A stretch of DNA of 64,000 bases from a virus. Location of the stretch: IMG/VR virus record IMGVR_UViG_3300005918_000012. One strand, given 5' to 3'. The notes beneath the pieces were generated by a model that searched no databases, was not told where the DNA came from, and was given only the letters and a program-made list of their open reading frames with translations. Below are positions 44,021 through 56,100 of this stretch, in pieces (the stretch's first letter is position 1; every line of letters starts with the position of its first letter). The translations under genes and the position numbers were made by a program.

Positions 44021-44707
44021 ATGGCTAAGAACCCACCAGTTTTCCGTTCGTCTTTCATGTCACCAGACGATGGATCAGATGAAGATCTCGGTATCAAACC
44101 CGTGGTCTTTGATATACTTGCAACTGACAGGGAAACATCCATCCTGCCGGATACGATGAAGTTGGTTCTTCATGTGAATCCTGAGACTATGTCTATTGGT
44201 TACACCAAGATCATTGAACGTATTCCAACTAAGGGTGGTTTTGTCGAACAGCATTTCGGTGAGGGTATAGATTCCTTAGAGTTTAATATGGCAACTGGTG
44301 GCTTCATGAGATTGTTCTCAGGGCTTTCAAATATTACAGGTGGTCCCGGAGCTCTTGATGTAGAAGGTAGCCGTCGGGAAACTATTGCATATGATAAATA
44401 CCTTGATGTGTTGGCACTATTTCATAACAACGGCTCTGTCTACGATGTGACTGGTAGGATTGTTTTTCAGGGTTTTATTAGTGCAACTTTTGATGGTGGT
44501 GTTTATCTGGGATTCTTTAATGATTTCAGTGTGGTTGAGGTTGCAGACAAACCATATCAATTTGCATTAACGACCAGTTTTACTATCCAACACGAGCTTG
44601 TTAGGATGCGTACAGATATGATGTACGGTACAGAGGCTTCGTCAAGTTTTCCTGTATTTGATATACTTAATCCTGATCTTTTGGATCTTGGCAAACGGAT
44701 AAAGTGA
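44021..44707 (+). CDS. Baseplate tube-initiator-like protein
   Basis: 'LVLHVNPETMSIGYTKII..IPTKGGFVEQHFGE...YLGFFNDFSV..PYQF'. Confidence 0.6.
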   Translation: MAKNPPVFRSSFMSPDDGSDEDLGIKPVVFDILATDRETSILPDTMKLVLHVNPETMSIGYTKIIERIPTKGGFVEQHFGEGIDSLEFNMATGGFMRLFSGLSNITGGPGALDVEGSRRETIAYDKYLDVLALFHNNGSVYDVTGRIVFQGFISATFDGGVYLGFFNDFSVVEVADKPYQFALTTSFTIQHELVRMRTDMMYGTEASSSFPVFDILNPDLLDLGKRIK

Positions 44708-44714
44708 GGGCATT

Positions 44715-46070
44715 ATGGCTGATATAATTTCATTAGAAGATGCCACAGCAGATGGTGGAAGTCCCTCGGCAGGGGAAGACCGAACAATGCTTATGGCTCA
44801 AGCGGTATCTAACCCACCAGCTCCCGTAGCATTCCAGTATTTGAATGTTGGTCCTGAGATGGCTATTGAAATGGAAAGCATCTCAACCGATCAGGTTGAC
44901 AATTCTGATAGTATGTTGAGGAATCTATCTCCTTTTGTAATCCAAGTTGAACCTCCTGCTTCTTTCCAAGCATATGCTTCTAACCCAGCATATGCCAACG
45001 GCCCTAGCATTGGGTTGTATGACAGAGCAAACGGTACTTCTAAGAGCTATCAGAAGGCCAGAGATGCTCTTTTTGAGAGTGATCCTTTGAATGGGGCTGC
45101 AAGTACACAGACTACAATGAATCCTGAAGATTATCTGGTATCAATCAGTGAGACAGAAACCTTAGCGGTGGGTGAACAGGTGGGTTCTCCTGACCCAAAT
45201 GCCGATTTACCTGTACAAGGGCAATCTTTATTACCGGATTTGCTAACTGTGATGGATATGAAGCTCCAAATTGCTAACATTATGAAGATTCCCCCGTTGG
45301 TGTTGCTGATTAATCCAACATCGTTCCAGATACAGTACACGAAAATCCAGCAATATCAGGATCGTAGTCGGTACGGGTACATTCTTCATACGTGGGGTGA
45401 GGATCAAGCTAAGATTTCATTTACGGCCAAGTGCGGAGCTTTCATATCCGGTGGCCGTGGGGTTCACGTTGCCAGTCGGAACGATTCAAAAGCTTGGCAG
45501 AATATGCAGAACCTGATGAGGTTTTACAAAAACAATGGTTACATCTATGATACTATAGGTAAATCCAATGCCCATTTACACGTAGGGGCTTTATCCATTC
45601 GATACGATGGGTTCATTTACTACGGCTCTATGGAATCATTTGCCTTTGAATTCAATGAGGACAATGAGCTTGGTGGTATGGAATTTAACATTGAGTTTAC
45701 AGCCAACGGGATTATGGATACAACTTCTGATACTAATATGGTATATCCGATGCGGTCACCTTTACCGAGCATTCTTGATTCCCGATATATGGGTTTAGGT
45801 AACCAGAATCGGGCAGGAGAATTTGCTCTTGGAGAACATGGGATAAAGACTCAAGGGAGAGAAGTGAGTCCGGGAGATGCTTTTGAAACTCTGGTTCCTC
45901 AAAAAGCTGCTAATCTTATAGATCCCACACAGGGGACTGTTATCTCTAATTCAACACAGGTTGGGCAACCTATCGGGGATCAGGCTATTCAAGAACCGTT
46001 AATAGGGGGTATTGCTGGGGAACTGAATCAAGTTGACCCAGTTAATGTTGCCCCGTTTGGAAGTGGCTAA
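44715..46070 (+). CDS. Second tube-initiator-like baseplate protein
   Basis: 'LVLLINPTSFQIQYTKI...GYILHTWGE...YYGSMESFAF' is paralogous to 44021. Confidence 0.6.
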   Translation: MADIISLEDATADGGSPSAGEDRTMLMAQAVSNPPAPVAFQYLNVGPEMAIEMESISTDQVDNSDSMLRNLSPFVIQVEPPASFQAYASNPAYANGPSIGLYDRANGTSKSYQKARDALFESDPLNGAASTQTTMNPEDYLVSISETETLAVGEQVGSPDPNADLPVQGQSLLPDLLTVMDMKLQIANIMKIPPLVLLINPTSFQIQYTKIQQYQDRSRYGYILHTWGEDQAKISFTAKCGAFISGGRGVHVASRNDSKAWQNMQNLMRFYKNNGYIYDTIGKSNAHLHVGALSIRYDGFIYYGSMESFAFEFNEDNELGGMEFNIEFTANGIMDTTSDTNMVYPMRSPLPSILDSRYMGLGNQNRAGEFALGEHGIKTQGREVSPGDAFETLVPQKAANLIDPTQGTVISNSTQVGQPIGDQAIQEPLIGGIAGELNQVDPVNVAPFGSG

Positions 46071-49000
46071 TGAGTTTGGGATCAAGACCATATGTAGGAA
46101 CATGGCGGTTAAACCGTCAGCAAGTTGTTCAACACACCCCAGATTGCTTGGTGTATCTGAATGGGGACACAGCCTTGCCAGGTTGTGCTCGTTGTAATAG
46201 CAGAATTGATATCCAAGAGTTCATTACAGAGGTGTCTGTGGACGCAGGAACGGACCCTGGAGCTACTTCAGCTTCATTTACCTTGTCAGTACCTGTTCAC
46301 CATCATGATTCGTTTGCAAAGGACGCTCAGTTCATTTTACGACCTGGGTTAGAAGTTCATATTTATCAACGTGGGTATTTCCCGGTCGTAGGTTTATATC
46401 CTGAAACCGATGAGAAGATGCCAGCTTATCCGTACTATCATGTTTTCCACGGGGTTATTATTCAAGTAGGTGGTTCTTACAGTTCTGGTGTACAAACCTA
46501 CTCCGTTCAATGTGGCTCGATGTTACATTTCTGGCAGTTCCAGCAAGTTAGTACAAATGCAGCAATATATGCAAAAGCTCCAGATGAGTCCCATAACAAA
46601 TCATCCCCAGTAGGCCATAACTACACAGGTCAGCACCCTTACGAAATCATTTGGAATATCCATAACGATTTTGTCAGTGCTGCTGCTGGTATAGGGTTTG
46701 CTTTATCCAACCAGACAAATGTAAATGCTATGTTTGGAAACAAGTCTCTTTACTCTTATACTGCTAAGTATTGGGAGGAGCGGTTTCGGACAAGTACTAT
46801 CCGGCTGAGAATGCACGGGGCAACAGGGACGTTATTTAATGCTGAACAAGCTGCATTCATGGGGAGAGCTTCTAGTAAAGAACTTCTGAGGTTAGTTAAA
46901 AGCCGATTTAACCCAAGTAATACAGGGTCGGAATCGGGGCCAGCCCCATTCAGCGGTGCTAAAATCAGAGGCTCTTGGGCACCAGAAGTTTTAGATTCCT
47001 TTCTGTGGTTGGATAGATCTTCTTCTGGGAGAAAAAATATTGGTTTGAATATCGTAGAGATGCAAGCTTTCATTACTGATATTGGGATGTTTGGTCAATA
47101 CAATGAATTTGAATCCACTTATGAGAGTAAATTGGATATTGCCAATAAAATTTGTGATGTTGCAGGGTTTGAGTTTTATCAGGATGTGGATGGAGATTTT
47201 GTTTTCAAACCACCATTTTATAATATGGACACATCAAGCTCACGGACTTATTGTATTGAAGATATTGATATCATTAGCATTAACTTTGACGAGAAAGAAC
47301 CCGAAGTCACCTACATGACAGCCAAAGGTGGCCAATATAAGAATACTGTTGGTGCTGGTGGTGAGAATGAGTGGGGTGTTCGTGGTCAGTATGTGGATTA
47401 CCGTCTGGTAGCTAAGTACGGATGGCGTCCCGGAGAGTTTGAGACTGCTTACATCAACGATAGAGAGGCTATGCAACATGCTGCTGCTAACCAGTTAGAT
47501 ATTATGAATGCTGGTAGTCAGTCGGCTTCTTTAACTATCCCCCTACGCCCTGAAATCCGACCGGGGTTTCCTGTGTATATCCGATACTTGGATTGTTTCT
47601 ATTATTGCACCTCAATGTCCCACAGTTTTGTAGTCGGTGGGCAATGCACGACAACTTTACAGCTCAGTGCTAAGAGAGCTAAGTTCTTTGCTCCTGGTGA
47701 TGTAGATAAACCCAAGGCAGGGATTGATGCTATTCGTTTAGATAACCCAACGATGCCACCCAGACCTCTCCAAGTAGAAAACAACATGGGCTACCCAACC
47801 CTGATGGGGTTCCCGAATACTGTTATGTCCCTTGATCCTAATAGGATTGATCCTCGGTTATTATTAATGGGCGGTGGGGTTTTTAACATGAAGAATCCTA
47901 AGATGATGCAGGGATTTCTTCAGATGGCTTTAGATATGAGGGTTATCAATTATGCAGGTGGGGCTGATTCGGGTGATTATTTTGAAATGCAGATGGGAGA
48001 GAATAAGACAGTTGTATTCCATTACGAGATGGATGAAGCCAGTCAGCCTGCAGGTACTCATCCTTCAGCAATAAACCCTACGAATGCTTTTGATTTAGAT
48101 GCTGGTGTGAGTGAGTACAAAAAAATGGTAGTGAAGCGTAATGCTACTCAAGCAACACTGAAAATATCCATTGCTGCCGGACAGAAAAATGTGGATGAGT
48201 TAGCCCATAAGTATACGGCCATCCCAAGTGATAATAAAAATGCAGCCAAGAAAAAAGCAGCCTTAAAGAAAGTGCAAGAAGCTGAGAAAGCAGTAGGAGG
48301 GCTTCTGGATAGATTGGATGTTAACAGTGCAGCATTCCAAAAAGAATTGGATGGGTTGGATAGTAAAAATGCTGATGCTGTGAAAATTATTTATAAGATT
48401 GTTCAGGAATTAACGGATTCTAAAGATGGTTCTCGTGAAGATATAAATAGTACCAGTTTCATTTTAGGACTTCTTGCAGATAAGAAATCGACTCTGACAA
48501 ATGCTTCTATTCCCGGATCTTACCGATATTATTCGAGTTCTCATCCAACTCCTGCTCATCAAGGGATGTCGGGACTTACGATTAACTTTACTGATGATGA
48601 GGGTGATATAACACAACTTAAAGCTTCGTTCTTAAACCCTAGACTTTCAGGGGAAGGTTTCCTTAAAGAGGGTCCGCAATCTCCTTTAAATAAGGCTATT
48701 GATTCAAAGTTTGGGCAAATCCCGGTAGTTCAAGGAATTAAGATTTTAGATGGGAATCCTAATAAAAAAGGTGGGGTTATCGTCCCTACTTCTGAGATCA
48801 GGGCTTTGGCTTTCTCTCCTGTGCATTATATAGTTCCGAGAAAAAAGACTAAAACTAAAGAAGCTCCGAAGGCAATGAGTTTATCAACCAACTTCTATGC
48901 TAATTTAACAGCCTCCGCCGTGTCTGCTGTATCAGGAACAGGGGCTACTACAACATTACAGGGTGCTTTTAGTACTTGGATTGCTGAGTTAAATTCTCAA

Positions 49001-50140
49001 TTTACAACTATTGCTCAGGATGTATATTCAGAAGTTGCTCTCCCTTTGACCGTCACGTTGGTCCCAGTGAAGATCAAAGAAAGCATAATGAGCCTTTCAG
49101 ATACCCCTGATAATTTTAAATTGAGTGGTAGTAGTGTCGAATTTAGTACAACCCGTACAGCAACTGGGGCTGCCACTAGTAGTAGTGTTGAACCAATTAA
49201 ACAGTTTAGCAGCAGTGAAGGCATGTCTGTAGGTCAGTTCTGGAATGTAGTTGCTAAAAACCTTGTGAAAGCTTTAAAACATCAGCTTGATCTTAGTGTT
49301 GATTCTTGGAAAAAGAAGGTTAAGGAAAATGTACCTGTTGTAAATGTGAGTGAGGGTGACGTAGATATTTATCAAAATGCTGTAACAAAGTTTTTTACGG
49401 TGTTCCAAGGCGTCTATGGTCAAAGTAGTTCTGGTAAGACTCAAAAAACGAGTGCTAGTTTAACTAAAGATGTAAACACTTCCTGTCCTGTTTTCCCTGT
49501 CTCTGATGCCCGTGGGTATGAAGTATTCGGGGCTTTTCAGTACGGGAGAGGGGTTGATATCAATCCAAATGGGGTGTTCTCTAAACTAGCTTTAAGTGGG
49601 CCATTAGAGAAATTAGACGTTGCAACTAAGAATGCATTTATGAGTACGGCTTTTGCTTCGGAGGGGACTCTGGAGGGTAAAGAAACACAGGCTCTCGTAG
49701 ATAGTTTAAATAAAGCAAATTTAGGAGATTCTTCCTTAACAAGTATTCTTGCTAAAGCCCCAGTTTTAGAGGGTGATGCAGCCAAGACTCAGCTATTAGC
49801 TAATGACCTTCGGAACTGGTACATAAATAGAAGAGATGCTGTAACTAAGACTCAGGTACAGTTAACAAATGCTGCTTACACTTTGGCTGATCTTAAACCG
49901 GCTTCTCTCAGTATTTGTAATTGTAAAATGGCTGAGGCCAGTATCATTCTGGAAAGTGCTCAAGAGCAAGAGTTTGTTCCTGTAGTCGAAGGATTCATGG
50001 AGTTGCAGGGAGAAGATCCTGTAACAGCTGTTCAAGTTAAAGGTGCAGCAGCTGCTGGGGCAAACTGGACATTACATCAGCAGGCTTTACGTGGAGAAGT
50101 TTTGGATAAAAACTCTAACACAGCGAAGGACAAAATATAA
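46070..50140 (+). CDS. Baseplate hub protein (T4 gp27/VgrG-like) with large insertions
   Basis: 'FEFYQDVDGDFVFKPPFYN' and 'ASLTIPLRPEIRPGFPVY...YYCTSMSHSF..GGQCTTTLQL'. Confidence 0.75.
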   Translation: MSLGSRPYVGTWRLNRQQVVQHTPDCLVYLNGDTALPGCARCNSRIDIQEFITEVSVDAGTDPGATSASFTLSVPVHHHDSFAKDAQFILRPGLEVHIYQRGYFPVVGLYPETDEKMPAYPYYHVFHGVIIQVGGSYSSGVQTYSVQCGSMLHFWQFQQVSTNAAIYAKAPDESHNKSSPVGHNYTGQHPYEIIWNIHNDFVSAAAGIGFALSNQTNVNAMFGNKSLYSYTAKYWEERFRTSTIRLRMHGATGTLFNAEQAAFMGRASSKELLRLVKSRFNPSNTGSESGPAPFSGAKIRGSWAPEVLDSFLWLDRSSSGRKNIGLNIVEMQAFITDIGMFGQYNEFESTYESKLDIANKICDVAGFEFYQDVDGDFVFKPPFYNMDTSSSRTYCIEDIDIISINFDEKEPEVTYMTAKGGQYKNTVGAGGENEWGVRGQYVDYRLVAKYGWRPGEFETAYINDREAMQHAAANQLDIMNAGSQSASLTIPLRPEIRPGFPVYIRYLDCFYYCTSMSHSFVVGGQCTTTLQLSAKRAKFFAPGDVDKPKAGIDAIRLDNPTMPPRPLQVENNMGYPTLMGFPNTVMSLDPNRIDPRLLLMGGGVFNMKNPKMMQGFLQMALDMRVINYAGGADSGDYFEMQMGENKTVVFHYEMDEASQPAGTHPSAINPTNAFDLDAGVSEYKKMVVKRNATQATLKISIAAGQKNVDELAHKYTAIPSDNKNAAKKKAALKKVQEAEKAVGGLLDRLDVNSAAFQKELDGLDSKNADAVKIIYKIVQELTDSKDGSREDINSTSFILGLLADKKSTLTNASIPGSYRYYSSSHPTPAHQGMSGLTINFTDDEGDITQLKASFLNPRLSGEGFLKEGPQSPLNKAIDSKFGQIPVVQGIKILDGNPNKKGGVIVPTSEIRALAFSPVHYIVPRKKTKTKEAPKAMSLSTNFYANLTASAVSAVSGTGATTTLQGAFSTWIAELNSQFTTIAQDVYSEVALPLTVTLVPVKIKESIMSLSDTPDNFKLSGSSVEFSTTRTATGAATSSSVEPIKQFSSSEGMSVGQFWNVVAKNLVKALKHQLDLSVDSWKKKVKENVPVVNVSEGDVDIYQNAVTKFFTVFQGVYGQSSSGKTQKTSASLTKDVNTSCPVFPVSDARGYEVFGAFQYGRGVDINPNGVFSKLALSGPLEKLDVATKNAFMSTAFASEGTLEGKETQALVDSLNKANLGDSSLTSILAKAPVLEGDAAKTQLLANDLRNWYINRRDAVTKTQVQLTNAAYTLADLKPASLSICNCKMAEASIILESAQEQEFVPVVEGFMELQGEDPVTAVQVKGAAAAGANWTLHQQALRGEVLDKNSNTAKDKI

Positions 50141-52578
50141 TGAGTAGTCCTATCAACCCAACATCTAATAATTCCGGGTATACAGGTGTCCCTTGGGGTT
50201 CTTTGATGGCTTCGGTAGCCAGACAAAAGAAACGTAAAAAAGATATGACCCCTGATAACAACTGGGGTCTGGGTACTGCTAAGGTTATCAATATCAACTA
50301 TGTTGAGATGTATGCCACTCTAAGAACTCTAACGGGAGCTTCACAGATTTTTGATAGAGTCCCCGTCCCTCTCACATTCCCTGGTATCGGAGCTCGTCAT
50401 TTTTTTGGAGCTATGCCTGAGATTGGTGATCGTTGTGTTATCGGGTGGATGGCTTCTGAGAGTATGTCCGTGGATAGTACTCGGACACCGGTTATCTTAT
50501 CTTGGTTACCTCAAGGCGTATGGACAGGGCAGGATTGGGTAACGGTCTCAGATTTCGGTCCTGATGAATATGACATCAATAACCCGAAAGATATGTCGAG
50601 TTTGCGGGGGGTTTACTCCCAAACTCGACACAAATTACGACATATCCAACCTGGTAATATCGTGGCTTCGTCTTCTCAAGGCTCTGATATGGTTTTGGAT
50701 GAGAGTGTGACTCTGGCCAATCGTCGAGGAAACGAGCTTATATTACGAGACCAAGATCAAGCTCTTGTGGCCAGAAGCCTTCAACAATTTCATGCTATGG
50801 CTGGGGCACGTATTTATGCCGGTATGGTCCAACGTGATGCTCGACTCCTGCCTGCAATGTGTGTATCTGACGGATACGAATGGGATAGTAAAACCCAAGC
50901 TTATGCAGGAGAAGCTATATCAGACAGCAATCTTCCTCCTGATCCTCAAGCAGGAGAAGGTTTTTATACTCCTTCTAAAATATTTCAAAGACGACAAACA
51001 ACCTTTGAAGATGGCAGCATAGCAGGTCGTCCTTTCCCAATACCATCTTATCTTGACCCCTACTCTTTCTTACAGAGGGGTGGGATCATTGATCATAGTG
51101 GTTACGTAGTAGAGGATAGTCATATCCCTGTAGTCAGTGATGCAGTATATGGCGGAAAACCTATCTTTAGAGTGGCTAATCAAGGACTTGAGAATGCCAC
51201 GACTCAACCTAACACCCCTACTTTGACAGAATACAGGATCGAAGTTGCTCACACATCAGATGGCCGTCTGCCCGTAACCGAACAGACGGACTTGTTTGAT
51301 GCTGAACGACTCTTGGACAGTACTCCTGAAACAGGGGGGTCGTCTGCAAACCAACCATTTATTGAATGGGTTATAGGTTCTGTAGTTGGTAATGACCCTT
51401 ATACTTCTAAAGGTCAATTAAGTTATGGCCTGCCCTTGGTCCCAATCATTTTTGACGGTGATGTCCCTGCTCCCAGATTGGAAGCAGCTAAAATCATGGC
51501 TACGAATGACGGCGGTACTTCAACTCCGATGAAAGATCAGGCAGCTATGTTGTTCAGGATGGCTCCCCCAGAGGGAGGTGCTGAAACATTCTGGTCTGTC
51601 AACAAACAAGGGCAATACCGAGGGTTCGTTGGTGGTGACGTTAAAAAGGATTCCGTCCACTTATACACTCAGGGGAATATGAAGATTGGATCTGGTGGTC
51701 GAGTAGACATCTATGCTTTAGGTGGTGTTCATTACCATGCTCTGGGCAAAGCCAGCTTGGAACTGAAATCTCCTGAAGGAGCAGTTACGATTTACGGTGG
51801 TGGTCCTATTAAGACTGCTGAAACCACAGTAGAACGTGCTTCTGGTACGGGTGGTGGAGAAGGTGATGTACCATCCGTAGACATCGGAGCTAAAACTAAC
51901 ATTCGAATACAGGCTGAGAAAAAGATTCTTCTGAAAAGTAACAACCACGAGACTCAGGCTACCAATGTAGCAATCACTGGCCATGAGAAAGTTGCTATCA
52001 ATGGTACGAAAACTATCAGTGAGACAACAGAGAATTATCAATTAACGGTCAGCTCACAGGCTTCTGAATCATACAGCGGACCAAAGTATTTAATGCCTAC
52101 TAATTTCCCACTCCACGAACGGGTTTATACGAGCCAATACCCTGGTTTCACAGGTGAAAAAGTCAAATACACTATGTGTGATCGTGAAGAAGAATTCAAG
52201 ATTCTCGGGAGTCACTCCACGAAGATGCAAATTGGAGATATGACGTATGAGACTAATTTAGGGAAGTGGTCGGCAAAGGCTCTGGCAAACTCTCTTGAAG
52301 TGGATTCCGCAGCAGGGATTACGGGTGAGGCCAAATTAGGAAATGTATCTTTCAAAGCATTAGTGGGCACAGCTACCCTGTCAGGGATGGCCTCGGCTAC
52401 CTTGGAAGCAAAAGCTGGTATAGCAACAGTTAGTGGTGGGACAGGTGTTACCTTGAGAGCTCCTGTTACGGGACCAGATCAGGGTCCAATTATCTGTGCA
52501 GGTTCTTTAGAACCTTTTACTAATCTGCCTTATACTACTTGGGGTATGGGTGCAAAAATGCATAATGTGACGGCTTAA
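50140..52578 (+). CDS. Baseplate central spike (gp5/gpV-like OB-fold plus beta-helix)
   Basis: N-terminal 'AKVININY...AMPEIGDRCVIGW', beta-repeat C-terminus, and tip 'CAGSLEPFTNLP...H'. Confidence 0.7.
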   Translation: MSSPINPTSNNSGYTGVPWGSLMASVARQKKRKKDMTPDNNWGLGTAKVININYVEMYATLRTLTGASQIFDRVPVPLTFPGIGARHFFGAMPEIGDRCVIGWMASESMSVDSTRTPVILSWLPQGVWTGQDWVTVSDFGPDEYDINNPKDMSSLRGVYSQTRHKLRHIQPGNIVASSSQGSDMVLDESVTLANRRGNELILRDQDQALVARSLQQFHAMAGARIYAGMVQRDARLLPAMCVSDGYEWDSKTQAYAGEAISDSNLPPDPQAGEGFYTPSKIFQRRQTTFEDGSIAGRPFPIPSYLDPYSFLQRGGIIDHSGYVVEDSHIPVVSDAVYGGKPIFRVANQGLENATTQPNTPTLTEYRIEVAHTSDGRLPVTEQTDLFDAERLLDSTPETGGSSANQPFIEWVIGSVVGNDPYTSKGQLSYGLPLVPIIFDGDVPAPRLEAAKIMATNDGGTSTPMKDQAAMLFRMAPPEGGAETFWSVNKQGQYRGFVGGDVKKDSVHLYTQGNMKIGSGGRVDIYALGGVHYHALGKASLELKSPEGAVTIYGGGPIKTAETTVERASGTGGGEGDVPSVDIGAKTNIRIQAEKKILLKSNNHETQATNVAITGHEKVAINGTKTISETTENYQLTVSSQASESYSGPKYLMPTNFPLHERVYTSQYPGFTGEKVKYTMCDREEEFKILGSHSTKMQIGDMTYETNLGKWSAKALANSLEVDSAAGITGEAKLGNVSFKALVGTATLSGMASATLEAKAGIATVSGGTGVTLRAPVTGPDQGPIICAGSLEPFTNLPYTTWGMGAKMHNVTA

Positions 52579-52580
52579 TT

Positions 52581-53183
52581 ATGGCTATTAACTCAGGAAT
52601 TATTACAGCAGCTTTGATCTCAAACCGAATGTCGGGAGGACTCCCGATGAGCGGGCCTGCCTTTGACAAGTTGGCTTTGGGTATCGGAATAGCTGTTCAA
52701 ACTTGGGGTGTTGGGAATCAATCAAATTTAGGTTTAATTGGAGCCACAACGGGTACAGTAGGAGCAGGGATTATAAATCCTGTCACAACTAAGTTAGTTG
52801 TACCTCCGGCAATGCCGGTTGTGTTACTTGCTTTGATAGGAGCTGGGATGGTTGGACCTTTAACTCAGCCTTTGGCTGCTATAGTAGCACTGGGGATTTC
52901 TCAGTCTTTTACAATATCAGCTCAGTATGCTGGTCCTTCGGCAGGAGTAGGTTTGGGAGCAGACGTTTCAAAAATCACGACCTCTAACGGGTCTACTTTA
53001 ATTACGGCTTTAATGAATGCCCTGACGGCAACTTCTGGTTCAGGTTCTGGTTTGTCAATTATGGCAACGGGTCTTGGAAATGGGATTGCTAATTTACTTA
53101 TGCTTGGAGCAGGTATAGGTTCTGTAAATGGACCCCCAGCCCCCGCACCTGGTGCAGGAACTTCAAAAAGTATGGTGGTATAG
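52581..53183 (+). CDS. Gly/Ala-rich hydrophobic baseplate/spike-associated protein
   Basis: Composition and position after the spike gene. Confidence 0.55.
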   Translation: MAINSGIITAALISNRMSGGLPMSGPAFDKLALGIGIAVQTWGVGNQSNLGLIGATTGTVGAGIINPVTTKLVVPPAMPVVLLALIGAGMVGPLTQPLAAIVALGISQSFTISAQYAGPSAGVGLGADVSKITTSNGSTLITALMNALTATSGSGSGLSIMATGLGNGIANLLMLGAGIGSVNGPPAPAPGAGTSKSMVV

Positions 53184-56100
53184 ATGAGTTTCCAATTTGA
53201 CGGAAAAGTATTAGAAGGTGTACGGCAATCCCCAGTGAATGCTGCCACCACAGATGAACCTGGAACGGCAGTTATCCAAGATATCCGACCTCTGCCCCAA
53301 ACTTTTGAATTAGATGCCCCGGATTTGGTGTCTGTAGCTGCCGATCAGTATCGGGTAGCTGCTTTGGACACCCCTGGTTCAACCGTTATGGAGTATTTAG
53401 TTTGGGCACAGAATTCAGCTCAGTTAGCAACTGTTGATAACCCTGATTGGTGGACAGATGGTGGCACTGGTGAGGTACCTACTGGAGATTTAGATGTTAT
53501 TGCTTACCCTGCTACAGTTGATGAGGTTACACATACTGACGGGACGGCTAATGTTGTCATCGAGGATGAAGGAAATCGGAGCATTGGGTCTATTTTATGG
53601 CTCGTAGTTGCTCGTGGTGACGTGGAATACGATGATGACGGTTGGGTAGACTCCGATGATCCTACACAAGGCAGAGAAGGAGATAACCCTTACCTTTTCT
53701 GGCAGATTAATACTGCAAATCAGAACCCTGTATCTGGGATGGTTACTCTGACTCCTGCTCAATTAGTTCTTTTGGATGGAGGTCTTTCCATTGAACGTGG
53801 TGATAGGATTGTCAAAGTTGGATACACAGTAGCTCCCCCGAGGTTCTGGTGGACTCGTAACGACCGGTATGAACAGCGTTTCGGATGGAACGGTTCAACC
53901 CAGCGGTGGGAACCTTGGAAAGGTTCTGGGGTCAAAGAGTTGGGGTATCTTCTTTTAGATGAAGCCTCTTTCACGTTGAGTCCAAAAATCCAAAACCTCC
54001 CAGTTGGAGCAATTCTTCCGGGTGATGGCACACCTTCAGGTGCTGATAAATACTCAATGATCCGACTCGGTTCTGATCCCGGAGTAAATTCAACTCCGGC
54101 AGCTCCAAGTGATGAGTGGGCAGGCATTATGGTTAAACTTGATGATGCCGTTGAGGATTTCGATTTCAGTCAAGCCGGCACTCTGATTGCCGTTATGGGT
54201 CAGACCAATGGAAAACTGGTATTTAACCCGGCTTATGTGCTGCTTAATGCCGGAAATAAGATATGGTACTCATACAAGAGTTTTAATGCTGATGAGGATG
54301 GTGTCATAGGGAGCATTCAAGATGCTCGAACAGATGATTTGTATCTGGCTCCATTGCCTGGTCCAACTGATGCTCCACTCCTTCGGTACGGCAATCGGAC
54401 GTACCTTGATGCCGTGACGTTCAATACTGACGGTGAGATGGATGCCGCTGGTGATCCTGACGAGGGTCAGATATATTTGTCCTTATCAACTGGACGGTTG
54501 GTACTTAGTTACGTTGATCTCGGTAAAGTTGATCCTGATAATACTGCTACATTTTCTAAATACTATTTTGGAAACAAAGTGGTCTACGATGGAGTAGCTC
54601 TCTGTCAACGTCCTCAGCCGACAAAATCTCCTGTTCGTTTAGTAAATGCAGCAGGGAATCTCACAATAGATGCCTCTGATGCATACCTCCCAGATTCAGA
54701 AACATTACCGGACAGTTATAATCCTTCTGATTGGAACGATGCTTATAGAGGTTTGGGTGTCTCTGGGATATTACAAGTTCCCGATGAGTTGGGTGCTTTA
54801 CCCCAACTCCCAACTGGGGGTAGAGAAGTCCCAGTTCGACCAGGTGGTGATAACTATGATGATGGAACTAAAGACCCGAACATTGGGATGGTGAGAGCAT
54901 TAAAAGATACCGTAAGTGATACTATCATCTTTGGTAGGGATTATGCTGTTGCCGAAGTCATCCCTTACAGAATCCCAGATGACAAACCTTCAAAGATTCG
55001 TAGCCCACAGGCTTACGTCTGTCTTCAAAAAGATCCTAGTGACCAAGGTTCTGAAGTTCAATTTAGCCATACAGATGCCCATCGATTGAGTGGTGATTAT
55101 ATTTATTTTCTCCAAGCAGCTCTGACTCCTGCTATTTTTTCAATAGAAGCTAAGATTTATTCCCGGAACAGAGACATCTTCCGTTTCGATGGAGATGAGA
55201 TTTTTTATTTTAATGTGGATTCAGCAGATTATAGCTGGGACCCAGTTGCTTTGATGGCAGCTAATCCTGATAATACCTATTTCACGGCAGAGGAAGTAGC
55301 CGAGGATATGGCTACGGGTGCTCCTGTAACCGCTATGAATGGTCGGATTATTATCACTGGGGCGGTCTCGGTTGAGATTGGTTTCGGTGGGACTGATAAA
55401 GACCTCTCCGGTGCTACAGCCTTGGGATTCCTCCCCGGTTGGAAAGCTGTTGAGGGTGTCTCTTGTTGGTTACCTGATTCTGGGGTTAGTGTAGGTTTAT
55501 CTCGAAGTCCTGTTAATCTGGATAAATCGAAATCAACCTGTGATTTTTCTTATGTCGGGCGTGTCCAAGATGGTATTTTGAGTGATGGCTTACAGCCGAA
55601 TCCTTATTTCTTTTTCATCAATGCACCCTTACAAGATATTGCTGGGTACGATGACAATCTATTCTTCCGCTTGATAAGTTATATCGTTGATGGAGATGCT
55701 GTTAGAGTCGTCTTTAAGACTTTAGATCATTACAAGGACATCATCTATCGGTTCGGCCAGAAGAAGTTTGATTGGGTTGCTGAAGATTCTTATGTCCAAC
55801 CTGTCGAGCAGGCTCTTAACACCCTGACATTAGGGAATGTTGGGGTTGTCCCCGAAGCTATGGTCGGAGCTCCTGGGATTGGTGGTGGTCTGTATGTGAA
55901 TTCTGGGGAAGGTGGTTTTGTTCTTCAAGCTCAGGATGACGATTATATCCTACCGTTTGAGGGTGCCCCCGGAAATGCAACATTGATTCATCGGTTTGGT
56001 AGAAGAGTTCAGTTTGGTGCTCAAGGATCGTTCTCCGCCGGATCAGATCAATTTATAGATAACACCGTAGACTTCACAGACCCTGAAAAGGAAGTGCTTT

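Noticed and set aside
26487-53183. Bacterial contractile injection system (eCIS/tailocin) rather than phage
   Set aside because: Capsid, adaptor and neck genes and homing-type nucleases are present in the same module.
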